63,932 nt of DNA, filler included, from Choristocarpus tenellus KU-1152 (GCA_964200185.2; 14 parts of 14 records of this genome joined end to end with filler, not necessarily neighbours in it), one strand, 5' to 3'; positions 27,793 to 39,995 are shown, numbered from the whole stretch's first letter. The notes: generated from the letters alone by a model not told the origin. Numbers and translations are program-made.

Positions 27793-29213
27793 TCATGCCA
27801 CCCCAAGCCACGCTCTCAAATTCCTAGGGGATGGAGACAGGGACGCTCCCTTGGTCGCAGGCGATGCCTCAATCTTGATATCAACATGCGATAAAGGTAC
27901 CGCCAAAGTACGAATTTCCAGACCTGCACCATCCGCCTGATTAAGATTACCAACCCCAATGCTCTCCCCATCCCCTTCACACCCACCCTCTTCCTGCCGA
28001 CCCAGACCAATGGGGAGCACTAACGCTTCACTCTGCAATCGAAAGAGTTTTTGTTTTCCCATCGAAAAGCAGGATTCATTCTCTGTGTAACCTGATTTAG
28101 AAGGGGTTTTGTTGCTGTTGGCAGCCACTGGTGCCATGCATTCGGTGGCCCCGCTTCCCTGCCCCCCCTGCTCCCTCTGAAACCCCCTTTCACTCTGACC
28201 CAGAACCTCACTCTCAACATACTCATCACTACCGTGGGCTGTAACAGACAAGTCATCAGAGGCAGGGTTTGAAGGAGATGGTGGAGGCGGTCGAGATATC
28301 ACAGCGTCTGGGAGGTGGTTGAGGGGCTGCGCTCCTCCTCTCCTAACCCTACTCCTAGAAGACAGGCGAGAGATGATGGGGGGTGCAGAGAACGACGCAA
28401 GAGAGACCTCAAACATGCTTGAGATCATTGTACCGCCGATCATCTGTAAGCAGCTCTCACCATTTCCACTTCCCCTGCGTAAAATTCCCTTCTCTCCCCT
28501 GACAATGCTGGTCCCGACTGGATGAATGCTCTCGCCAGCTTCTTTTCCAAGGGGCTTGCCTCCAGTCCTGCTACCGTCCACAGCCCCAACCACACAGCTG
28601 TCTTCATTAGTCAGAACTGCCTCGGAGGTTTTAGAAAAGAACTTCGTCGTCCCAGTCGGCAGCCCAGTTTCCCTCGACTCTTCTCTGATCTCCTCCACCA
28701 TCCTCTTCGCCCCCTGAGAATCAACATCGCAAACATGACTCCTACCAATAGTTGAACAACCTTTCCCACCAATCGAATCTCCTCCTCCCCCCACCCCCAC
28801 TGCAGTAGTCCCTGCCCCACAGCCATCCGTCCCTGCCCCAGAGCAATCCACCGTTGCCCCAGGGACACTTGATTCCACCCCAAGGCCAGCTTCAGTTCTG
28901 CACGCCGCTCCTCCTCTGAACGAGGACCCTACTGCAGCCTGTCCACCTCTTGATGCCGAGGCCATGACCAAATCAGAACTAGACGAGCCCAACGAAGTAG
29001 AGCCATTGACCCCTTGTAGGTGCCCGACCCCGCCCCCTCCCACTGGCCTCCCTTCTGCCATGAGGGTGAGATTCACTATGACTACAGTCATGTTGTCACA
29101 ACCGGCGTATCGGGTAGCCTCCGGTTCGGGAGACAAACAAGCATCCAAGAGTCGTTCACATACCGTCTTGAGGGGCTGTCCAGACCGAACGGCTGCCCGA
29201 ACAAAACAAATAA
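27793..29213 (-). CDS. PP2C/PPM-type Ser/Thr phosphatase, terminal coding exon with long disordered tail
   Basis: ICFVRAAVRSGQPLKTVCERLLDACLSPEPEATRYAGCDNMTVVIVNL is the C-terminal end of the PP2C catalytic domain (GCDNMT motif). About 420 aa of G/S/E-rich tail follow. The 5' exon boundary is approximate. Confidence 0.88.
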
Positions 29214-29646
29214 CTTTATTTATTTTTATTTTATTTTTTATTTTTGGGGGGGAGGGTAGGGGAGGGGAGGGGAGGGGAGGGGAGGGGAGGGGGGGGGGGG
29301 AAGGCAGGCGAGGCGAGAGAAGAGAAGGGGGGNNNNNNNNNNNNNNNNNNNNNNNNNNNNNNNNNNNNNNNNNNNNTTAATTAATTAANNNNNNNNNNNN
29401 NNNNNNNNNNNNNNNNNNNNNNNNNNNNNNNNGAAAAAATTGACCCCAAATGGACAGCCGCCACCCCCCCCTAGATACTTTGAGCCTGATGTGGCCATTG
29501 AGCTCACACCCCACTGATTCACCTCTATGAATACCTTTTTCCTCCTGACTATTGATTTGAGAATCTACTAGTAGTGAGTTAGTCAAGTCAACAGTAAGGA
29601 CAAGGAATTGTAGAGTGCCAACAAATAACCTGCATCAATGCCTCAC

Positions 29647-32600
29647 CTGCCGGGCAGTAAAATCCCACAGGACACTCTTCTGTTGGTATGCTTGTGTTGG
29701 CGAATGGGCAGGTATATCCTGGCTCACATGGGACACATGCTGTGCTGTTTATGTTCCCTGTAGCTGAGGAATATGTACCAGGAGGACAAGCACGTGGAGT
29801 AATCGAGCCCTCCGGACAGTAGTGACCCATTGGGCATATATCACCCACCAATGAACCTTCAGAACCAACTTCACCATTAGGTGCTGGCGTCCATGACCCC
29901 TAAATATTAGGGAAAATAGGAATCAAAGGTGCAATCTGAGCACTTGTGTGGTAATGGAAATAAGCCTGTTGTAGGGATCTTGAGGATATTCACAATCACT
30001 CTTTCGTTAGCAGTGAGGACTTCAATATTTGAGTGCATTGTGCTGCAGTTTACGGGAAATGTCTCTGGAACGGTGCATTGTGCCAGTCATCAAGCAGGGC
30101 CAGGATCAGAGCAGGAATCTCAGTAGTTTCAGCTAGTATCCTTCCCTTAGTGAGAAAGTAACTGCCCTCTGATTTTAGGCCCACCTGAACACAGTAGTAG
30201 CCTTCATAGCAATCACCCGTGATTTTTCCGCTCGAATCGGCGCAATAGCTTCCACCTGGACATGCTTGCAGGTAAGGTGATCCCTGAGGGCAGTATTCTC
30301 CAGCAGTACATGGGCCACCTGTTACCCCAGATGAAAATTGGCAATTTCAAGGACGGACCAGAGTGTCAATTGGGATATGGGTCGAACATTGGTGGAGGTA
30401 GTATAAGGCCAGGTACATCTAGCTTTTGTCAGAATGCAGTGGATGCAAAGACAAAAGACGAAAACTATTTTGGTCCAAACTTGTTGCACAACTCACTGTG
30501 CTAACGTGTCAATGTCAGTAGTTGAATTACTCCACTTTAATGTCTAATAATGTACCGTCTTCACAGGTTCCATCTGATGTTTCATTGCAGAAAGGGGTAG
30601 CTGTATCAGATCCGCCCGTGCAGTAGTAACCTTCGCTACACCTGCCAAAAACAAAGCCAAGAATAGGGGTCTGTCATGCATGATAGATTTTCCTGCTGTC
30701 TGCTACAAATTGTATCTCAATAACATTGTGAGTGCTAAAATTTTGAAAATATTTCACACAAACTTGCTTCTCACTCTATGTGCCAAAGACAGTATCAATT
30801 GCGCTGTTGCCATATCACTCTCACTGCATGACATTGAGCAATTTGTTGTGCAGGAATGGTCGCAAGGCAGGAAGATTTTCTACCTTCCAGTCAACTCTGT
30901 GCTTGCGGAAACGTCCACATACCACCCAGCAGGAGCACCGACACACTCAGAAAGTGAAGATGTCAGTGTGCGATTGGAGTAAGTCCCCGGGGGGCAAGCA
31001 TTTTGCTCCCCATACTGTGTATTCTCCGGGCAGTAGTACCTGCAAGATCCATCACCCGATATCAATCAGGAAGAGAGTATATTAATTCACATTCAACAGA
31101 CACAATTGATACATTTGGAGACACTCCACTTGAATAACAGAGGGAGTATCTCTCCGCCTCTAGGTCATAAAGAGAATATAGCAAGGCATCACTTGGCATA
31201 TCTGTCAATCGGGACTACTCGTGGAGAAGAATTATTAATTCCCGACAAGACAAAAATATTCTTCTCACCCTGGTGGGCATGGATTGTCTTCATACTGTGT
31301 CGCGTTTGCCTGACAGAAATAACCTGGTGGGCATGAGAAACATGACCCCTGGCCAGGGAGACTATTGTATGAACCGGCCAAGCATGGATAAGGTGACACG
31401 GTACCATTTGGGCAATATGTTCCACTTGGGCAAATATCACCACCATACGTAATTGAATCCAGATTGTAGATTCCCCCAGTTGGAGCAGGTTCCTCCACTC
31501 CCCGTTGACAATAGTAGCCAGCCCAACAAGAAGCTGTTGGAGCTACCAAGCCCATTGTTTGGCAATAATTGCCAGAAGAACAAGAGACACAATCCTGTTC
31601 AGGTGAGGAAAGGAAGGTACACAGAATCATCTAGACAAATTCCTCTGGGTTGGAATGTTGCATGGTGTTTGAACACTAGCACGTCCCTGCATGAAAAATA
31701 TATTACTAGATGAGATTGTGTTACGTTAGAGCTCTAGGAGGACCTTGTCGAGGTCCAAACTTGCTGCTGCCCGTATAGATATGCCTTGGTATGGGCAAAT
31801 AATAGGTTGATCTTGGACTGTAGTGCTACCAACCCGACAATAGGCTTACCTCCTCAGCTGTAACTCCCTCGGATGGGTTGTATGTGCCAATAGGACACAA
31901 CGATGGACTACCAGTCCCCGCAACACAATATCTACCTAAAGGGCATGCATGCTCTGATGCAAATGATGTCTTGCCATGAGAATCCTGTAGTCAAAACGAT
32001 TGTGTACATTAAAGTGGGGGTCAAATCCGCAATATAGCACGCAAAGTAGGTATTTGGCAAGTTTATGCACAATGTGTTGAACTTGTCTGGCTGCAAAGCA
32101 AACGTGGCTTGGGTGAGAAAGACCATTTAGTGGCAATTATGTAGGGAACGGAAGAATTGATAAGATGAGCAAATTTAGGAGTCTGGGACCTTTTTGAACA
32201 TCTAAAAACTAAAATACTACAATGTACTTCAGAGCAGATCGGTTTGGTTACAGAGCAATGTTTGGTAATAGGGTAGAAGACGAAGGTGCCACAGCATTTT
32301 AAACTAACAAGCAAATTATGTAATGAAACCAGCACAATGCACACCTGTGACCAACCCCGTATGTTGAACGAGGATGCTTTCTCATAGTGCTGTGATGTGC
32401 TAAAAAACTAGTTCAAGCTGCACAATTGCAATGAACTATAGATAGTCATGTTGTTCCGTTTGTAATGTCTAGCATATTGTGAGTCTCCACACCTCACCTG
32501 AGAACCAGAGGGGCAATAGTAGCCCTCCGAGCAAGTGCCGTTTGGTCTAGTCAGTCCAAGGGTTGGGCAGTAACTTCCCGCAGTGCAATTTGTACACTGA

Positions 32601-33640
32601 CTCTCTGCACGAAGGCCGACCTCTCCTCCATAGGTTCCTGATGGTAGTGGTATTTATCACAAATTGAGACAGCCTCTATTTTTCATCAAGAACAGTATCC
32701 AGTATTGCCGACAAGATCAGAAATGTTACTTTGAACATCAATATGAAGTGATGGCTCATAGTTTCTGGGGCGAGGGGGAGGGGGTCAACACCAGGGTGTC
32801 CATTTGGTTCCTGACCAGGAAAAGTGTACTTATATTATCCATCCGACTCATGCAACCAAAATCACCCAAAAATCACGACATGGAAAAATGGACCCAAAAT
32901 GGATAGCCTCCACTCCCTCCCCAGATACTTTGAGCATGACACCAGTGATTGGTGGGAGTTACTAGCAATAAAAGAGAATTAGAGGGTGAAAACATACCAG
33001 CTGGACATTTTGGAACCGATACATCTGTGCCTTCTGGGCAATAGTTTCCCTGTGAGCACTCCTCAAAGCTTGTTGGTCGAGTCCCGTCACAATAGTACCC
33101 TTCAGGACACAAGTAGCACTCAGATGCACCCGTGTGATTCATGTAGGTGCCTACAGGGTCCAAGGGAAAGAGGTCGGGCTGAGATATACAGATTAGTTCT
33201 TCATTACCTCTTTGCCACATTCAGTCTGGACTGTACCCATTCACGAAGTCTAAAAATTTCGACCAAAGAAAATGCAGCATGTACATGTACTCTTGTGAGG
33301 GAGCCAGCCTATACTTTCTCCAAGTCCTATCCCTATTGCTCATGTGCCCAACTGCAATACCATAGCATCCAAATTGGGTCTTACCAGCTCTGCATTGCAC
33401 TGGATCTGATGTCCCTAATGGGCAGTATTTGCCTATTGGGCAAACGCCATAGTCACACTCCCCAGACAAACAATAGGGTGTAGTGGTCGAAGCTCCAAGC
33501 TTGCAATAGTATCCTGGAGCACAGAGGCCAGTAGGGGCCTCTAGACCAGTTCCGTTGCAGGCATAGGTTGCTGGGCAGAGATAGCAGTATGTTCTAGTGT
33601 TGGATAAGGAGGTGTTGTGCCAGATGTCACCGTCATTCCC
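29647..33640 (-). CDS. Cysteine-rich GCC2_GCC3/Ephrin_rec_like repeat protein, nine internal exons (~546 aa, partial)
   Basis: Exons in transcript order: 33640-33385, 33150-32998, 32637-32498, 31984-31850, 31594-31269, 31039-30884, 30641-30556, 30318-30185, 29899-29647. All GT-AG, and the phases chain without stops (1,1,0,0,2,2,1,0). Repeated CPxGxYCPxG / CPPGTY motifs. Confidence 0.93.
32752..32936. mobile_element. MITE family B in an intron of the Cys-rich gene
   Basis: Degenerate left TIR (tggctcatagtttctgg), right TIR ccagatactttgagca, TSD TGA. Confidence 0.85.
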
Positions 33641-33852
33641 CTGTAGATGGAAATGGCAGGGCAGAGGAGCAAAAAAATAAATGGCGGAGGGGTTATGATG
33701 GGGAGGGGTTATGATGGGGAGGGGTAGGCCAGGAGGGAGTAGAACAAGGAAGNNNNNNNNNNNNNNNNNNNNNNNNNNNNNNNNNNNNNNNNNNNNTTAA
33801 TTAATTAANNNNNNNNNNNNNNNNNNNNNNNNNNNNNNNNNNNNNNNNNNNN

Positions 33853-36801
33853 CCTGTAACATGCCCCCCAGCGTGAACTAGCGATACATGTTTCACGCTT
33901 ACCACAGGCGATTTTCACCGGTGAGGACAACAGATATCATCAATCACCTCAGATCATCCTGTTGCAAAAAAAAGTAAAAAAAGTAGGGAGAGAAAAAGGA
34001 TACCGTACTCCTACTAGGTCCATAACATCTATCCTTGACTTACTTGGGAAAAATCTGTCTACATCTAGCCTAATCTTGGGATATATTCATTCTCTCTAAG
34101 AAACAGCTTCCCTAGAGTGCCAAGTATCACCTGATTATTGCCTGTCTCATGCCCCCCAGCACGAAGCATACCGACGGCTGCTAGTGCATAACACAGGCAA
34201 TAGCATCAACGTTGGCCTTCATCAAAACGAAATGATAAAAATAAAAAGGGAAAGGAGGGAGGGAAGGAGGGGGAAGAACTTAAGCAATGTACATCAAAGT
34301 AAGTCCAGTTATATAGGGGTGCCAGGGCTGACAGAAAGGAAAGATAAGAATAGGGAAGCAAAGAGATAAACAACAAAAATAAAAGAAGAGGGTAAGAAGG
34401 GAAAGAAACAAAAGCATCCTATATAAACTACTGCCTGGGCTGATATGGGTTACTTCTTATTTCTGATTTCTCCTGTCTTACGTTCTGTGGGGACTAAGAC
34501 TGTCAATGATTCCTGTGTTCTTACATAAATTGGTTAGTCTTCACGTACCTTGCCTTCTGGATGCATAGTGGTTACCTGGTGGGTCATTTTTGGGAGAAAC
34601 GACTCATTTCGCTTTTGTTCATTTCCTCCCAATCCCCATCATTAAACCGTACCCTCCAGTGAGGTGACTTGAAGTAAAAAACTGTACCTGTGTACCACTT
34701 ATCCCTTCCTTTCTCGTCTTTCCATGACTTCTTGACAGTGGTACCTGCGGGAAAAAGCGTAATGCATCCTCTCTAGACAAGGATTTTCCTTGGCGAGAGC
34801 TGTCAGTAGGACTTGGGCTCGTGTCTGAATTATACAGGTCCCAGAGGGCATGAAAAACATCTAACTGTAGTGGGGTGAAGCTATACATAGCTTCTTTCTC
34901 GGTGATCCAGTCTGACATCTCTCCGTTCTGATACTTTCCCTGGTACTCCCAGTGCCATCCATTGGATGGCGACAGTAGTGCGTTTCTGTCTGTAAGGGTG
35001 TACACAGGGGTTGCTACCACGGATTGTTCTGCTAGACCCAGGTCCGATTCCCGCACTAGTTGGGCATATTCCTCTTGGAAGCTGCGTTTCAAATGGATGG
35101 GTCTTATATGGAAGGGTTTTACACAAGAAGCATGAACATTACGCGTGCACTTTTGCCTACCTAGCAGTTCTACTATCATGTTACTACTCTTGTGTGAAAT
35201 TTCCTTTACAGTCCACGGTCCTGTCCACGTTTCATGGACTAGCTTCCTGCCTACCCTTGTCTGGCCTAATTTCTCCCCATAGATAGAGCTGTCTGCTTCT
35301 TTCACTAGGACTAGGTCACCTGGTTTGGATCCTAGTCCTGGGGAAGACCTAGCAATCAAAGCATTGACTTTCTCTCTCTGTCTCTGCCTAGCAGACATCC
35401 TTCTCTCTAGGACTTCTCGTACCTCCCGTAAGTTCTGTCTTCTTTGCTCTATGAAGGAATCCAATCCTCCGACATCTACGTCCCCATCCAACTAGGGTAT
35501 GGCGGCATCTAGCTGTGTGCGGGGGTCACGGCCAAACAGGACTCTGAAGGGAGTGGGGTTGAGCGGGTCAGAAGGATCTGGGCTGGTGCGTTGTGCCCAA
35601 CATACTGGAGATACATACTCATTCCATCTATCTGGCCACTTCACACATAGTTCCGACAAGAGTTCAAAAAGCAGGCCTCCCATCTCTTCTATTCCCCCTT
35701 GTCCTCTCGAGTTACCAATTGGTCCATAATTGACAGGGACCTTCAACCAACGGCAAAGGTGACTCATTACGTCCCCTGTGAACTCCCCTCCCGCATCACT
35801 ACGAATTGACGGAGGGATCCCGAATGTGAGACATAGTTCTAACACGTTTGCTGCTACTCCAGTTGCGTCCTTTGACGCCATGGGAAATTCAAAAGGAGAT
35901 CTCGAAGCTCTATCAATAACAAGCAACAGATACTTATTGCCTTTTGTTGAAATGTGTCCTACATCGTGTAGGTCCATCTCAAGTACATCCCATGGTTCTA
36001 GGTACTTGGCTGGCAGCATTGTAACTTGTGCGCTCCTTGTCCTCTTCCGTCTGCGACAGCCACGGGATAAAACATAATCCTGCGAGTCTTTGTGGAGTGA
36101 GGGCCAAAAGAGACCCAAAGTATCTGGGAGGGGGGGGGGTCTACACCAGAGTGTCCATTTGAACCAAAACCAGGAAAAGTGCACTTTCATTATCCATCGT
36201 GACATGAAGAAATTGCCCCCAAATGGACAGCCACCCTCCCCCCCAGATACTTCGAGCCAGAAGTATCGACGGGTTAGGGCTACTGTGAGTCCAACTCCCT
36301 GATGGCTAGAATGCAGGTGAACTAGTGCTATGATGTCTGACACTAGTGAACGAGGAACTGCCAACCTCTAGGTGTATACTCTCCAGGGGTGTACCAGAGC
36401 AACTCCTTATCATCTAGGGAATATGACCCCACATCTATACTCCCTTTTCCTCATTCGAGTGACGGCTTTCAGGATTCTTGACCTTCGAGTACACCGCGTA
36501 TGCTGCTCAAGAAGGGGTCCTTCTTCTGCCTCCCCATTAGCTCTGGCACGTCTGAAAGAGTAGCCATTGCTCTCTTGAGAGTGGGATTGTATTGGACCAC
36601 CTCACTTGCTCGGACTAATCCGTCACTACCTCTCTTGTTTTTTGGCCTTGGTGTACTTATGCGACGTTTCTTGCAAGGTGGCTTCTCTTCTCCTGCTTTT
36701 CCTTTTATTTCTACCCTGTCTTCGAGGGTAGGGTCTAAAGGTTGCCAACCAAAAGTGTTAGTGGCGTTAAGCGGGGGAGAGAGTTGCTGTGAGGTGTGTG
36801 T
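33853..36801 (-). mobile_element. Ty3/gypsy 3' half: linker, integrase, chromo-like and Tudor-like C-terminus, 3' UTR, PPT and LTR start
   Basis: LAVPRSL...H...HQG...YFFWPSL...CRRRK; PWDVLEMDL, KYLLLVIDRASR, SIRSDAGGEF, GGIEEM, TPFRVLFGRDPRT, GDLVLVK, WTGPW, VHASCVKPF. One stop at 35492 and a 1-nt frameshift near 34750; terminal stop at 34584. GCTGGGGGGCA|TGTTACAGG at the contig end. Confidence 0.93.
36112..36258. mobile_element. MITE family B (147 bp, internally shortened) inserted in frame in gypsy integrase
   Basis: GACCCAAAGTATCTGGG...CCCAGATACTTCGAGCC with TSD AGA. Element plus TSD is 150 nt. Confidence 0.93.
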
Positions 36802-37624
36802 NNNNNNNNNNNNNNNNNNNNNNNNNNNNNNNNNNNNNNNNNNNNTTAATTAATTAANNNNNNNNNNNNNNNNNNNNNNNNNNNNNNNNNNNNNNNNNNN
36901 NGGGGGGTTGTAGACAGTAGAGGCGTCTCAGGACAGGGAAAGATAATATATATATATATTTATACACAGGGGTCATCAGGATCTCCTTCTTAACAATATT
37001 GGTGAGTTTTGTCTGCCAATAAAAAAAGAATATTTCAGGGACTTTTTTCAACACCATAGTGAGATGTATGTCCAGACCAAAAAAAAAAATGAAAATTTCA
37101 CGTATTGTTTTTAACACCATAGCAAAAGATGTCCTGACAAAATAAAAGACACTACGTCCTGTGGTGAATATTCAATCAGTGACAGAATAAGGTATACCTG
37201 CGAAATATCATCAATACACACTTGCAAAAGAACCAGAATAGCATATAGGATCTCCCACTACATATTCTGAATAGACATTACAATCAGAGGAAAGGCTACA
37301 AGAGTAGGCCTGTTGGGGGGGGGGGGGAGGGGAAGTTCAGGAGGGGGNNNNNNNNNNAAGACGAAGAGGGAGAGGGCAGGAGGGTGGGGGGGGTGGGGGG
37401 GGGGGGGGGAGGGGAAGTTCAGGAGTGGGAGAGAAAGACTAGGGTTTCGAGAGAGTAGGAGGCATCAGTCGCAGTCGTAATTTAAAAAATGAGGTACATG
37501 TGAACTGTAGGCGGGTTTTTCTTGGTGTTAGCTCTATGCCTTACATACTGTATTACGTGACTACTTGGACCCTCTACTAAAAGTATTTTAATATGCACTA
37601 CACATCCACTCATCGCTTCAAGCT

Positions 37625-37880
37625 TTGTAATGTAAGGTAATGTAAGGTAATGTAAGGTAACCTTAGGTAATGTAATGTAAGGTAATCGTGTACCAATAAT
37701 CCACATTGAATTCATTCTAATCTAACAAAGGAACACTTGGACACACACACACATATGCAAAATCCAACCACACAGTTTCACACTGTATTCAAAAGTTGTT
37801 GATCGTGAAAGTGCAACAGTGTAGAAATAATAATAATAATATAATAACAATAATAATAATAACAACAACAACAATAATAC
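37625..37880. repeat. Simple repeats: (TGTAAGGTAA)n at ~37625-37686 and (AAT/AAC)n at ~37825-37880
   Basis: Directly visible. Confidence 0.85.
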
Positions 37881-38032
37881 CTACACCGTACTCTCAAACA
37901 AAAAAAATAAGCGTTAAACACAAAACAATACCATTAGCATCAAAACACAAAGCAGCAAAAAGCCCTCCTACATATTCGACCCCTCTTACACCCACGCCAC
38001 CCACCCAGGCATACACCTCCTAAATCTCTCAC

Positions 38033-38232
38033 CGGTACGCCTTCCTAACCATGGTGTTGCACAGCCTGGTGAAGGCGGGATCGGTCCCCACAACCCTCGA
38101 GGTCAGTCCCAGACCTGCGCAGGCGTATCTGGTGCGATCGAATCCTGCTGGCTTGGATACCCTGCTCAAAACGCTCAGCACTCCCTCTGCCCAGGAGGTG
38201 GTGGTGTGGCACATGCACCAACCTATGTCCAT
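38033..38232 (-). CDS. Probable exon of unknown host protein
   Basis: TTTTTTGTAG|ATGGAC...TACCG|GTGAGA. GC-rich open frame MDIGWCMCHTTTSWAEGVLSVLSRVSKPAGFDRTRYACAGLG... within AT-rich intron-like DNA. Confidence 0.55.
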
Positions 38233-39176
38233 CTACAAAAAATGCATAACATGTGTTGTACGTACGGATAGAGGTTCTTCAGATTAGAGTTATGTGATTT
38301 TTTCAGTCCATTATAGAGCAGCTACTACGCATGCTCCGTATTTTCTCCCTTCGGCCATTAGCGGAGGTAGTGCCGGAAGCAGGCCTAGGCTTGCTAACTC
38401 ATCAAGTATACACCATACCCTTCTGCTCTTATCGATACCGATATCCATTAGCTTCCCGCAGGAAGCAAGACTCTTTAACACAACCTATGTCCATCTATAA
38501 AAAAAAGCACATGTAACATATGTGTTGCTGTGGGACACAACGTTCTTCAATACATACTGTTACGTGAGTCCACTAATCGGAACCCCATGGATGACAGTGG
38601 GAAGGAGGGGAAGATGAGGAGTTAAAGATCTCACCCTCTCATCACCTGCAGTAAGTCAAAGATTATTCTATCAACATTCCATTGTGTACAACAAATGTAT
38701 ATGTATATATATATATATCACAATGGTAGTAAGTCATGATGTGTTCAATACTTGCAAGGCGTTACTTTGTGCCCCCCCCCAAAAAAAAAGAAAAAAAAAG
38801 AAATGAGACTTGCTTTTTTGTTCTCAATGATAACTCCGAAGAGAACGCGATACAAAATATTTTTTCAAAATAAAAACAAAAATATAGTACTAACAGGTTA
38901 CCAAATATAAAAATACATACCAAATATAAAAATATCACCATACAAAGGTGGGATATCACGATTACTATCAAAGCAAATCAATAACGGTATACTGTCCTAT
39001 GATAGTATGTACTGTTGAACGAATACTGTCACACTGATCAGCCAACCCCTCAGTACCTGGTTCACGAGAATCTCCGATTCGGTGTCATAGTAAAAAATAA
39101 ATAATATCAATATCAATAACAATAACAAAAATAACAATAACAACAATAACAACAACAAAACTAATAATAACAATAA

Positions 39177-39290
39177 CAATAGAGATGATGATACACACTC
39201 TAGGGTACACAGTAGAGGAAGTGATGGGGGTGTCAATAGAGATGATGATACACACTCTAGAGTACAGAGTAGAGAAAGTGATGGGGGTGT
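39177..39290. repeat. 57-bp tandem duplication preceded by an (AAC/AAT)n tract
   Basis: caatagagatgatgatacacactctag...gtgatgggggtgt occurs twice. Confidence 0.85.
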
Positions 39291-39995
39291 TGCCAGGATG
39301 AATCAACACTTCAACTTTCCTTTCTTTAATACAAAAATTATCCCCACCTATTTTCAACAACAAATAAAAAAAAAGATACGCTGGAACAAACAATAAAAAG
39401 AAACATGCTGAAATAATAATAAACATACATTAAAATGCATTATTAATTCATCTACAAGGACAGCCGTAACATCCGACTCCTATATACAACAGATTTTTTT
39501 TTCCATAAGAACCTTACAGAAAGGCCGTTGTTGCAAGGAACAAGACGGTAACACACCAACATGAACCACTTTGCACAGGCAGCACATATTCCCACATACA
39601 AGACTCCTCATGTGCCAAGCATTTTTTTTTTCAGTTTATTCTTGTTCCTTCCCCCCAATACAACATCAGAAAAAAGCCTTCCTAAATAAACATACAGTAA
39701 CCCTACGCCAGTACTCGCCCCATGTTATCTTCCAACACGTCCCCAACTTTGTAAAAACATGTAGAGTGTGTAAAGGCAGGAGGGGGGGGGGGGGGGGGGG
39801 CGCACCTGGGGTTTTTGTAGAGGTGGGAAGGGGGGCGGGGAGGGAAAGGGGGGAGATNNNNNNNNNNNNNNNNNNNNNNNNNNNNNNNNNNNNNNNNNNN
39901 NTTAATTAATTAANNNNNNNNNNNNNNNNNNNNNNNNNNNNNNNNNNNNNNNNNNNNCTCACAAACCACCCCCCCCCCCCAAGATACTTTGACCC

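Noticed and set aside
38997-39426. Poly-Leu/Ile/Val transmembrane-like ORFs; also 61657-61959 and CVCV/THTH ORFs elsewhere
   Set aside because: Translations of microsatellites and T-rich tracts.
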